Of a DNA stretch of 35,263 nucleotides, positions 13,464 to 23,981 are shown in pieces (the first letter of the stretch is position 1; the number at the start of each line of letters is the position of its first letter). The stretch spans positions 1 through 35,263 of the forward strand of contig JAAOMT010000530.1 in assembly GCA_016748015.1 (NCBI GenBank), read 5' to 3'. The stretch comes from Geosiphon pyriformis uo1. Taxonomy: Eukaryota; Fungi; Glomeromycota. Made by a program: the position numbers and the translations under genes. The notes under the pieces were generated by a model, which saw only the letters and a program-made list of their open reading frames with translations, was not told the DNA's origin and searched no databases.

Positions 13464-14092
13464 GATAGAAATGGTGTTTTCTACTGGGAATATAACACAA
13501 CTGAACCAAACCTTTTGACCATTAATGACTGCTCACTTATAGTAGGCTCTGCTGGTGCAGATAATTAATTCTTTGCCCCTAGTTGAAAATGCAGGATTGA
13601 AAATTGATGGTGTGGTTGTTTCATAAGAAGGTTTGCTATATAAATATGATCGAGTTTAAACATCAATAATAGTCTAGATGTGAATGAATTAATCCCTCGA
13701 CATTGTTCCTTGGATCTTTACTGTTTATCCCTTGTGTTCATGATTCATCTTTTTTGCATACTAATTGAGCATAGAACATTCAGTTTAACGTGAACATAAC
13801 TATCGTCTTTTACTTTTCTGTTCTTTGAATTGCATCGTGTTACCCAAAAAGCGCAACTTTCAAACACGAAATCATATCCCTGACTCTGTTAACCCTTTTT
13901 TCACTGATCACCAGGAAATGTAGGTGTATTCTCGCTGCAAAGTATAAAAAGAATTTTACCGATTGGGTGGCTGCTGCCAAAAGTAGATCAAACTTGATTT
14001 ATTTAAATTTAGAATGGGAAGTTTGGTAAGATCATCAGCCGGAACATTCGAAATGGGTTCAAAATAACTTGGAAAGACAAAGAATGGAATAA
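13464..14092 (+). pseudogene. Possible degraded coding remnant, head-to-head with the membrane-protein gene
   Basis: GC-richer island with an acceptor-like ttttcctttgaag| followed by DRNGVFYWEYNTTEPNLLTINDCSLIVGSAGADN*, and later KYKKNFTDWVAAAKSRSNLIYLNLEWEVW*DHQPEHSKWVQNNLERQRME*. No family recognised. Confidence 0.3.
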
Positions 14093-14660
14093 AAAGGTTC
14101 GAATTATTAAAATATTTATTTTCTATCAATTTAATGGTTTTTTTCTATTTTTGCGTTTCATTCATATTCATAGAAATGTGTTAGATTTTGAGTGTACGTA
14201 AATTAAACATCTGAATTTGGTTTTGTTATTTTTAAACTGACTATTCTTTAAATATTTTAAGATTATTTGTTAGAGTTTATTTCAAATATCAGGCCTAAAA
14301 TTTAATTTTCCTTTCAATTTTTTAATTCAAGATAAAAGGTAACATCAATTTCAATTTTGGTAGAATCTTTATGATTGAAAAATTCGCAAACCTTTTATAA
14401 TAAAATACCAAACCCTAAATAAAAGAATGAGAGTTTTATATACCAATTTTTGTGGTTTCCTTCATGCTGGTCAAATTGATCCGATTTTATTATAAATGAA
14501 AAAGTAATGCTCACTTAATAAGCTTTATTTTAGCAAAAAACTTATTACGTATAGTAAATCTATTATTTTAAGGCTTCTGGAATATTAAGTAGCAAAATAG
14601 TAGTTATAATTTTTAACATCTTTTTGCCATAAATTAACCAAATTTAACAACTTCAAAATA

Positions 14661-15530
14661 CAGTGTGTGAGAAAAAAACTTAACAATCAACAGACAAAAG
14701 TTATTACATATAAAACTTTTCATTTTTTATAAAATAAATTTTCAGGTGTGAAAAGCGGAAATTATTTGCAGCTTTGTTTATAATTCACTTTATCAATGAG
14801 TATAATGGTCAAAGAATATAGCAATTAAAAGCTGATATCCTCCTAAAGTGAAAGTGAACGCTCCGTTCTAATATTAAGCAAATCATAAAAATTCTTTGTC
14901 TCTGCAAAAAAATTGCTACTAAATTAGATACAAAAGGAGTAGACATTTCATTTGGGACAATTGGCTGACATTTAAAGTCACTTAAATATATGAAAAATCC
15001 ACCAATCACCACCCCAATGCTCAAGCAAGTTCAAAAGCAGAAACGTGTTGAATTGGCTAAATTTCATCTTAATGATAACTGGAAAAAAAATTATTTTTAG
15101 ATGAAACAGCAGTTCAACTGCTCCCAAACAAAATTAAACATTGGTACAAAGGAAAACGGCCAATTTATCCAAGAACAAAAGATAATTCAAATTTTTTGCA
15201 TATAGCGGTATTTATATTAAGGGGAAAACCAGCTTATTTTGTTTTTTAATGTATCATGAACGCTAAGTTTTATATTAAAATTTGGCAAAAAATATGTTAG
15301 AGAAGTTAATTAAATACTTGAGAAGGAGTAGCGCTTTTAACAAGTTAACAATCTCAAGCATAAAAGTTGAGGAGTTAAGACGTTTCTTGCAGAAAATGTA
15401 CCTGAAGTTACTGACTGGTCTTCATGTAGTCTGGATTTAAATCATATTGAAAATTTATAAACAAACATTAAATATGGAGTAGAAAAATGAATGGCACAAA
15501 ATATGGATGATTTGGTTGTGAGTTGATTAT
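14661..15530 (+). mobile_element. Decayed Tc1/mariner transposase relic (second subfamily)
   Basis: PMLKQVQKQKRVELAKFHLNDNW, DETAVQL, WYKGKRPI and QVNNLKHKS*GVKTFLAENVPEVTDWSSCSLDLNHIENL* correspond to the Tc1 QQDNDPKH..DWPSNSPDLNPIENLW consensus. Candidate left end TA|CAGTGTGTGAG at 14659-14671; right TIR not found. Confidence 0.87.
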
Positions 15531-16201
15531 CGAGAGTAAAGATAAAAGAATTGAGTTTTAAATTTTATAGTCAATGGTTTTTTTTTGATAATTATTTCAA
15601 TGTTTTCTAATATATAGTAGCATTTGAAGTTCCTCAAATTATAAATTCTTTGAAGATTTGAAAATGTTCTAAATAAATTATAAAATACATATTTGCTGAA
15701 TAATTTAATTCTTAAGAAAAAATTTCAGTCAAGAATAATTTGGATTCAAAATCAACAGTTTATATAACTTATTTTGACCTTATAAACTTATAACACATAA
15801 ATAATGTTTTTAGCATGCATTATTATATGGTATATTGAAATATAAAATGAAAAAATGAGCTACCCCAAAGTTTTTTTTATTAAGAACAAATTCCTTCATT
15901 GTACAGGATTCTTAAGATCAAAAGTTTCACTCGATTATAGTTCATTTTAGGCGGTAAAATCTGTTTATATAGCTAATAAAAATTTAACTCAATCAAAAAA
16001 AACCGGAAATTCGACTGTTTAGATATTTCATACTTGTCAAATAGAGGCTCTAATCTTTGGAGGCGATTTGATTACAGCAAAGTTGCAGAATACCTTGAGA
16101 ATGATCTCTCAGAGATAATGATCAATCGATAGAGTGCAGATTAACATGTGACTTCAGCATAAACACTGATCGTAGGGAAAAAGACTTCACATATTTTACC
16201 G

Positions 16202-17609
16202 ATGTCACCTCAACAATACTTTCACGCTTTATCCAATGATTTTGGGAATTTATTTAACAGTGAGAAGTTCTCTGATATTAGAATTATAGTTGGCGAAACG
16301 CCCAATATTAGAACTTTTCAAGCTCATTCCCAAATTTTAGCAGCAAGATCACCATATTTTGCTGTCGCACTCTCTAGCAATTGGATTAAAAGGGAAAATA
16401 ATACCATAATCTTCCCTAAACCCAATATTTCACCAAAGATTTTTGAAATAATTCTCAGGTTAGGGTTTTCATTTGCTTTGAATATTTTGACCAACATGAA
16501 ATTCACTTTTATTTTTCTGCAGATACATTTATAATGGCGAGATTTCTCTTGATCAACATGGAGTACCTACCATTTTAGAATTGCTTGTTACCGCTGATGA
16601 GCTTATTCTAGAAAACATTATTGATAATCTTGAAGACTATTTGATTGAAAACCGTGCAAAAGAACTAGAAGAAAATTTTGCCACTTTGNNNNNNNNNNNN
16701 NNNNNNNNTTTCAAGCTCATTCCCAAATTTTAGCAGCAAGATCACCATATTTTGCTGTCGCACTCTCTAGCAATTGGATTAAAAGGGAAAATAATACCAT
16801 AATCTTCCCTAAACCCAATATTTCACCAAAGATTTTTGAAATAATTCTCAGGTTAGGGTTTTCATTTGCTTTGAATATTTTGACCAACATGAAATTCACT
16901 TTTATTTTTCTGCAGATACATTTATAATGGCGAGATTTCTCTTGATCAACATGGAGTACCTACCATTTTAGAATTGCTTGTTACCGCTGATGAGCTTATT
17001 CTAGAAAACATTATTGATAATCTTGAAGACTATTTGATTGAAAACCGTGCAAAAGAACTAGAAGAAAATTTTGCCACTTTGCAGAAAACTTCATTTATGC
17101 ATGATTCTTTCAAAAAATTACAAAAATTCTGCACCGAAATAGCTGCTGAAAATCCAGCTATAGTCTTCAACTCGCAAGATTTTACCTCCCTTAGTGAAAA
17201 TGCTCTTGTCTCAATTTTAACCCAGGATGAAATAAATATAGAAGAATCTGAAATATGGGAAAAGATTGTAGAATGGGGAGTTGCTAAATTGGATAGCGAT
17301 ATTCAGACGAAAAAAGTTCTTTACTGGACAGATCAAAACTTTAACGCCTTTAAGGAATCCATCGAAAGGCTTCTACCTTTAATCCGCTTCTTTAACATAT
17401 CTTCAGTCGACTTTTATCACAAAGTAAAACCATTTGCGAGAATCTTACCTGGAACTTTATATGAAGATCTTTTACATCATTATCTCGTACCGGGTAGTCA
17501 TCAAAAGTCTGTAGACGCTCAGCCATTACGTTTGACTCGATCAAATATTGATTCCTGTCTCTTATACACATCTGAAGAGTATGAAGTTTTTCAAATCCTA
17601 AAAAGATAA
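16202..17609 (+). CDS. BTB/POZ-BACK-(TLDc) protein, copy 2; assembly-damaged (exon 1 16202-16458, intron 16459-16522, exon 2 from 16523, equivalent to 16916-17609)
   Basis: Near-identical to copy 1 with the same 64-bp intron. An internal 373-bp overlap is duplicated across an N gap. The TLDc region is replaced by adapter sequence, but the terminal EEYEVFQ strand is retained. Confidence 0.88.
16689..16708. other. 20-N scaffold gap flanked by an identical 373-bp overlap (16316-16688 = 16709-17081)
   Basis: Sequence after the gap restarts at tttcaagctcattccc and repeats with offset 393; no difference seen. Confidence 0.93.
17555..17573 (+). other. Nextera/Tn5 mosaic-end adapter contamination
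   Basis: Exact 19-bp CTGTCTCTTATACACATCT at the point where homology with copy 1 jumps ~500 bp. Confidence 0.97.
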
Positions 17610-18199
17610 ATTTGCTTTTATATAATTTAATTATATATTGTCTGAAGGTTGTACTGTCTATCTCAGAAAATTTCACTGGCGGAATATTTTATAGCCTATT
17701 ATTTTAGGCCCCACAATAAAGTTAAAGAATAACATATATCTATTTTAGAACATCACAAAGAATTTCTAAAGTTTAGGTTTTTATCAAAGGCTAAAACCAT
17801 AAAACGTTCTTTAGCTAAATAGCATTAAAAGTATAACTTTTAAATAGATACTTGTGTTTCTCCGCTAATTAAAATCTAGATTTTAGATGATTTTTTACAT
17901 TTTACTATGCAATGATATAAAATAAATACTTTTAATAAATATTTAATAAAAGAAACTCGAAAAGAGTAAAAGTCTTCAAACAAAATAAAAATCAATTTCT
18001 ATTAAACAAAATATTTTTTAATATCAAGTTGTTTTATTATTTATTTAAAAATTGCAAAGCTTTGTTTTATTGACTGCTTGAAATTCCTAATATTCAGAAC
18101 GAATGCAATTAAAAATGCCTTTAAACTATTAATGGCATTCTATTTTTGCTCTATTTTTGCTCTATTCCCTTAAAATCTTATTTTTTTCTTTAGAAAAGC

Positions 18200-18500
18200 A
18201 ATTTCTTGAATCAAAGTCAAAAAACTTCTCAGGATCATATACTTCCATATCGGCGACTAGGCCAACTATTTCCTCATTCAGAAAAATGTGATCAAGTGTC
18301 CTAAGATTTTTTCCAAATCCATTCTTTGGATTCAGCTTTTCCAACTGTGGCGTTGGTTAGACCAATTATTTTTCCTTGCAAAAAACTCCCATTATCTTTA
18401 AATCTATTTCCCATCAACAATCACACATGCATTCTTGTTCCCTGCTTCCAAGATAGAAGCATTGATGAGAACAACATAATTTATTCTGTTTCTAAAAAAC
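18200..18500 (-). mobile_element. Non-LTR (LINE) retrotransposon APE-type endonuclease relic
   Basis: Frame-broken INASILEAGNKNACVIVDG (~xxGDFN), IGLTNATVGKAESKEWIWKKS (~TW) and RTLDHIFLNEEIVGLVADMEVYDPEKFFDFD (~IDxIF...TDH), in the order of EEP endonuclease motifs. Confidence 0.6.
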
Positions 18501-21500
18501 TTTTATGCACTAATTACAATAACACTAGTTTTATTCTTAATTGACAATTTGATCTTCAAAAGACTTTTTTAAATCTTCTTTATTTAAATATTTGACCAAC
18601 AAACTTTCAACAATAATAACAATCTCCAAATCTATCTATTTTTTGTTTTTGCTTAAAATGTAAACTTTAAAATCCTGAAATTTATCCTTAATCTAAGATT
18701 TTACTTTGCTTGAACTTATTTTCTATAAAAATAGGAATAGTGTTATACTCTTTTTGTGTCATCTTATAATATTTTTCTGTTTAATGTTATGCTTAATCCA
18801 AACAAAAGCTCAGTAAAATCTGTATTTGTTTATCTTTTAACATAACCAATAATTCAAATATTTTTTTTATTTCATCTATTCAAAATAAAACATAAAAACT
18901 TGCAATTATATTTAGTTTTTAACAAATTCAAAATTATGTTTATTACTATATTTTTACTAAATTTTGTACAGAAGCCGTTATTAAAACTTTACATCAAGAA
19001 TAAATCTAAAAAAGTGTTTTTACTTGTTTTGTTAAAATAATAAAGCCAAGTTTGTATTATTAAGCATTATTATTGAAAAAGCTGTATTTTTATCATGTTC
19101 TAATTTCTGGCACTTTAAAAACTGTATTTTAATTAGAAATTTTTACCACCAAACAAGTTTAACAATTAAAAAAAGATTTTTAATTATTTTTTTACTAACT
19201 ACCCAAGCAAAATTTTTTTAAAATAAAAAAAATGCTTGATAAGTATTTAACAACTAAAAAATTTATTTAGTTATAAAATCACAATTATTTTTTAATTATA
19301 TATTTTTAATAATATGTTAAAATTATCTTAAAAAGTAAAATACTTGCTTTTATGATTCATTAAATAAACAAGTATTAAGAATAAATATGTGTTATTTAAT
19401 TCTAAATACACTAATTAAAGCATAAAATTATATTGTTTTTAATTATCTTACTTTTTGCTATTTATTAGCATATTACTTTCATATATAATATAAAATTAGT
19501 TCTTTTTGTAATTTGCTTCTTTCTTCAGTAATAATTTACCAAATAATTTCAAGTTTTTTGAAACTGGCTTTTTAATAAGCATTTAATCAAACATTTTTTC
19601 TTTGTTTTATATATTTTCTTAATTAAGCTTACTTGAAAGACATTATAAAAAAACAATAATATAAATTAATGACTTAATTCAGTTCTTATTAGTTAAATAT
19701 TAACAAAATTTGAATATTTAAATTTTTAAATTATATTTGAATAGCTGTTTATTGCTTAATTAATTCTTTTAAATCAAAAATTAATAGACTTATAGTTTTA
19801 GACTTATTACAACATATTACTGGCCTTTTAATATATTTAAATAGCTTTTGGTTGGTAAACCATTACATTTTTGTTACTATTTAAAAATAATACACAATAT
19901 TTATCAAATAATTAATAGATTTTAAAAGAACTGCTGTTATTAACCAATAAAATAATAAACTGTAAGTTCTATATTATTAGTAAATAATTTCGAAATTTAC
20001 CAACTGTCTTATTTTCTTGAAAAACTACAAAGAATAAATTTCGAAAATTTATTTAAAAATATAACTATTGAACTTGTTCAGCAAATTGAAGATAATTAAT
20101 AAATGTATTTTAAATATAGTTTTTTTTTCTAATTCCAACTCCAATTTTCGTTTTTGTATTTTAAGTGGTTATTGTTTTTTTAGTTGCTTAAAATTAAATT
20201 CAATCAATAATAATAAATAAATTAACAGTTAACTTTGCTTAAATGTTAAAATAACAGGTTTAAGCAAAAACTTAAATTGAATTTTAGTGTAATTAATAAC
20301 GATAACTGCTTTATAATTCCAAACAACAAGATTGTAATATTTCAGTTTGTTATTATTGTAAAAATACTGGATAAATTTCAAAAATTACAATAATTTATTA
20401 ATGTCTCCACCAATTTTTAAAACAATATCAACAATTAAAAAACTTGTCTGTCAGTCTTATTATGCCTATTTTAAAAAACATATTTTTATTGCTCTAAAAA
20501 TAAAGCAAAATAAAATAACTAATAGCATAAGTTTAATGCTAAGTATTAACACAATTGATCTCTTTATTCCAAAATGTGCTAAATTTAATGCTAAAAAACA
20601 AATTGAATAGGTGCAAAAAAATTTAAAAATTTTCACCCAATATTTAGTTCGTAATAATTAAGGCAAAAAATCTATTACTTTTATTTTTATTTTATTTAAT
20701 TAATTTATTATTAAAACACTTGTTTTTATTCATTATTTATCTTGGAATATTCTAAGCTTTTTAAAATTCAAGATTTTAATTTTTTAATTGTATAAACTCA
20801 TGCTTTTGGACAAATTTGCTTATAATACAGTTGAGCAAAATATCACAATTTTTTATAAAAAACTTGCTGAAATATTCTTTCTTATTAATTATTTCAGCTT
20901 ACATTTAGATACTTATGATAATATAATGAATTATGATCCAGCATATAAAAATTTTATTGTGTAAATAAGAGATTAATTTATGAAAAATAAATAATTTGTC
21001 AATATTTAATTAATATACTAACTCTTTAAAGAAGAAAACTATTTTAAATTTATATAAAGCTGGATAAGAAACATATACAATTATGCCAATATTTTTTAAA
21101 TATTTGAAAATACAAAAACTGAGCTTGTTGTTAAGAGTTTCGAACAATAAATACAATAAATTTTTTGAATGAAAATAATGGCTTTTTTCATTTATCATTA
21201 AAGAAAAAAATAATTACTATCTGATCTAATACACATACTTGAATGAGCTAACTGAACAAAATTTTCCATATAACTAATATTGTCTTTCTATTACTAATAA
21301 ATTATACTACTGGCCTTGTTATATAACTTGTAAAAAATAATTTTTCAATTTGAGTGAGTTTTATAATAAAACATCCGATAAATAAACATGGCAAACAAAA
21401 AAAACTCTAATTATACAAACAAAGAATTAAAAGTTTTCTTATAGTATACTTAACAATTCAGTTATTTTAGATACTCTTATATTACTATATATTTATTAAT

Positions 21501-22133
21501 GTTTTTCTTAGAGAAATTCTGCACAAACTTTCAAGAATATTAGTCAAGAAAGAATCTTAAAAACTTTTTTCAATTAGAAACTTTGATTGTTTATGATAAA
21601 AATTATTTTTTTCAAATAACATGTGCATCTGCATTACATAGTATTAACCAAAATATAGTGGTAGCCTGAATTATTGAATAATAAAATATTGTATATAATA
21701 AACCAATTTAAAATTGATTTAAATATTGCTTGTAGATGTGATTTTACTCAAAAAAATTTGTACCTTAATTATTTAGTAAAAAACAAGAAGTGATAGATTG
21801 GCTCTTTTTTTCTCTAAAGAATCACATAATTTCTGGTGCTCTTTTTTTAAGCGCCATGAAAATAATAAAAATCCAATCTATATTGACACCTTAACAATAA
21901 AATGTAAGAGAAGAGAAGAAGTTTTAATAAAAATATTTTACAATTTACTTGTGCATTAAAATTAAACACTTACTATTGAGATTTTAAAGTAAAATTCTTA
22001 TCTATAAAATATTTCAGAGTTTTATGCAAGAAATACGATAAAATGTATATTAAAATTCAGGCCTTGATGAAATAAACTCAACTAATTAATTTGAATTATC
22101 AAAAACCAAGCCTGTTATAATAAATTTAATATA

Positions 22134-22739
22134 AAGAGGGTGTCCAAAAGTTTCCGAACAAACTTTGGAGTAACATTCCACATGCTTGAATAATTAGAAA
22201 AGCACGAGTTTATTACTAAATTAAGTTAGTTAATTATTTAATTACGCGTTTTTTATTTTTTAAACACGCGTGTATAATGTTTTTTCGCGACGCGCATAAT
22301 CGATTTTATTCATACTCGTTTTTTTATAAAAATGAAATGTAACGCGCATATAAGATTTTTTCGTCATTTTTATTAAAACGAAATGGGAGCAAAAAAAGAA
22401 TTAACGATTGCTCAACGTAATACTATATGCTTATTACAACAGCATGGCAAGAAATATCGTGATATTGCCAACATAGTCAATTGCAACTTGACAACAGTTT
22501 CGGATACAATAAAACGATTTAAAGAAACTGGTTCAATTAATTCAAGACCTCGTTCAGGACGTCCACGTTTATTTACTCACCAAAAATATCGCCGACTTAA
22601 ACGTTTAGTAACACTTAATGGAAAAATTTAGAAAATTTCTATAAAATTATAAATATGTTGTTTATTTTGTTTTATTTTATAAAAAAATAAATATTATTGT
22701 TAAATAAAATCTTGTTCGGAAACTTTTGGACACCCTCTG
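22134..22739 (+). mobile_element. Non-autonomous Tc1/mariner element (606 bp, internal deletion derivative) with 28-bp TIRs and TA target duplication
   Basis: Left aAGAGGGTGTCCAAAAGTTTCCGAACAA (22134-22161) vs right TTGTTCGGAAACTTTTGGACACCCTCTG (22712-22739), 27/28 match. TA at 22132-33 and 22740-41. Confidence 0.95.
22383..22631 (+). CDS. Truncated Tc1 transposase N-terminus (first HTH plus GRPR motif), 82 aa
   Basis: ELTIAQRNTI..GKKYRDIANIVNCNLTTVSDTIKRFKETGS..RPRSGRPR; lies inside the TIRs; no DDE domain. Confidence 0.85.
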   Translation: MGAKKELTIAQRNTICLLQQHGKKYRDIANIVNCNLTTVSDTIKRFKETGSINSRPRSGRPRLFTHQKYRRLKRLVTLNGKI

Positions 22740-23920
22740 TATAAATTAAATTTCTTTTTTTTAATAAAAGGTTGAATTATTCAAAAAATATTATAAAATT
22801 TAAATTGATAAATTTTTCTGTCTAAATTATATATCTTTTTTACTGTTTTATTCAGGTTTGAAATTAAAATTAAATTTTTTTCGAATTCTTTAAATTTCCA
22901 TTTACGTCAAATCAATTTTTTATAAATTAAATAAAACAAATTCTGTAATTTTTGTTTGGGAGATTAAATAAAAACTTGATCAAAATAAATTATTATTAAT
23001 TTTTGTATCATTTCGAATCTTCAAGTTGGGTTTTAAAATAAAATTTATTTTAATTAACACCATAACACATATGTCAAACGTTATTCTATGTCATAAAAGT
23101 ATGTTTAAATTTCATTGGTTTTTATTTTTTAGTGTTATTTATATTGATGGATGTGTCAGGGTTTTACAATTATTGTCTGTCAGAGTAAGCAAAGACATAT
23201 CTGATAAATAGATTTTTCATACTTTGAGCTTTTTTTTAGTTTTTCACATTCTGCATCTTTTATTTTTTATCAATAAACTTTTTTGGTATATAAATGCTTT
23301 TAAGAGATAGCAAGAAGTTAAGTTAATTAATAACGCAGGAATATGTATGATAGTCCTATTTGAGCCATTTCTCAAAGATGTGTTTTGTACCAAAGTCCTT
23401 GCCATAACATAGAATTCAAACGAGTATGTATATTTTTAAGGATGTAGACAAGATAATATTGGTTAACAGACAATAAATACTTGATAAGAAATGACAAAAT
23501 AAAATAACATTAAACGATAATCAACAATTTTCCTAGCATACTTTTTAAATAATCGAGTAACTATTGTTTGTAGTTAATGTTTTACTTTTGTCTTTTTTCA
23601 TAATTTCAATACTACCCAGGAATAAAATAAAGTAAATAACAATTTTTAACAATATTCTCAATTGTTTGTTTTATTAAATTCATTCTAAAGCACTGATATG
23701 AAAAGCCATCTGTTTTTCAACATTTTTAATTAGTAATTTATTAGAATATATGCAAGAATTTTTATTTGATTGATTCGAAACATTTTTTGCTATATGGATA
23801 TTAAATAAGCTAAAAAGCATTATTGAATTTGTTTTGGATTAAATAGTTTTTAATAAAGGGAAATTTTATATCAATAGAAAAAAAGTTTTTCCTTTTTTTA
23901 CGACAATTTCGATTGTTTTC

Positions 23921-23959
<39 letters not shown>

Positions 23960-23981
23960 TTAATATTAATATTAATAATAA
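23921..23981. repeat. (AAT)n microsatellite grading into (ATTAAT)n
   Basis: About 12 AAT units followed by ~3 attaat units. Confidence 0.9.

Larger units (their letters stand above)
15820..17965 (+). repeat. Right arm of inverted segmental duplication (partner ~5190-7415)
   Basis: Aligns to the reverse complement of the left arm. Interrupted by the two assembly artefacts, so the portion after 17573 could derive from another paralogue. Confidence 0.8.

Noticed and set aside
9250-15530. Composite transposon formed by two Tc1 relics carrying the membrane gene
   Set aside because: The relics are different subfamilies with no shared TIR, no matching right end and no TSD.
16324-16899. Repeated 60-aa minus-strand ORF MNFMLVKIFKAN (also 34783-34965)
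   Set aside because: Antisense to BTB exon 1 and the intron; recurs only because the gene is duplicated.
16974-17609. Natural TLDc-deleted BTB-BACK isoform or real Tn5 insertion
   Set aside because: The junction is the synthetic mosaic-end adapter with no other Tn5 sequence; library artefact.
19500-21700. Possible further gag/protease/dUTPase relics and short ORFs
   Set aside because: Too eroded; no motif can be defended.
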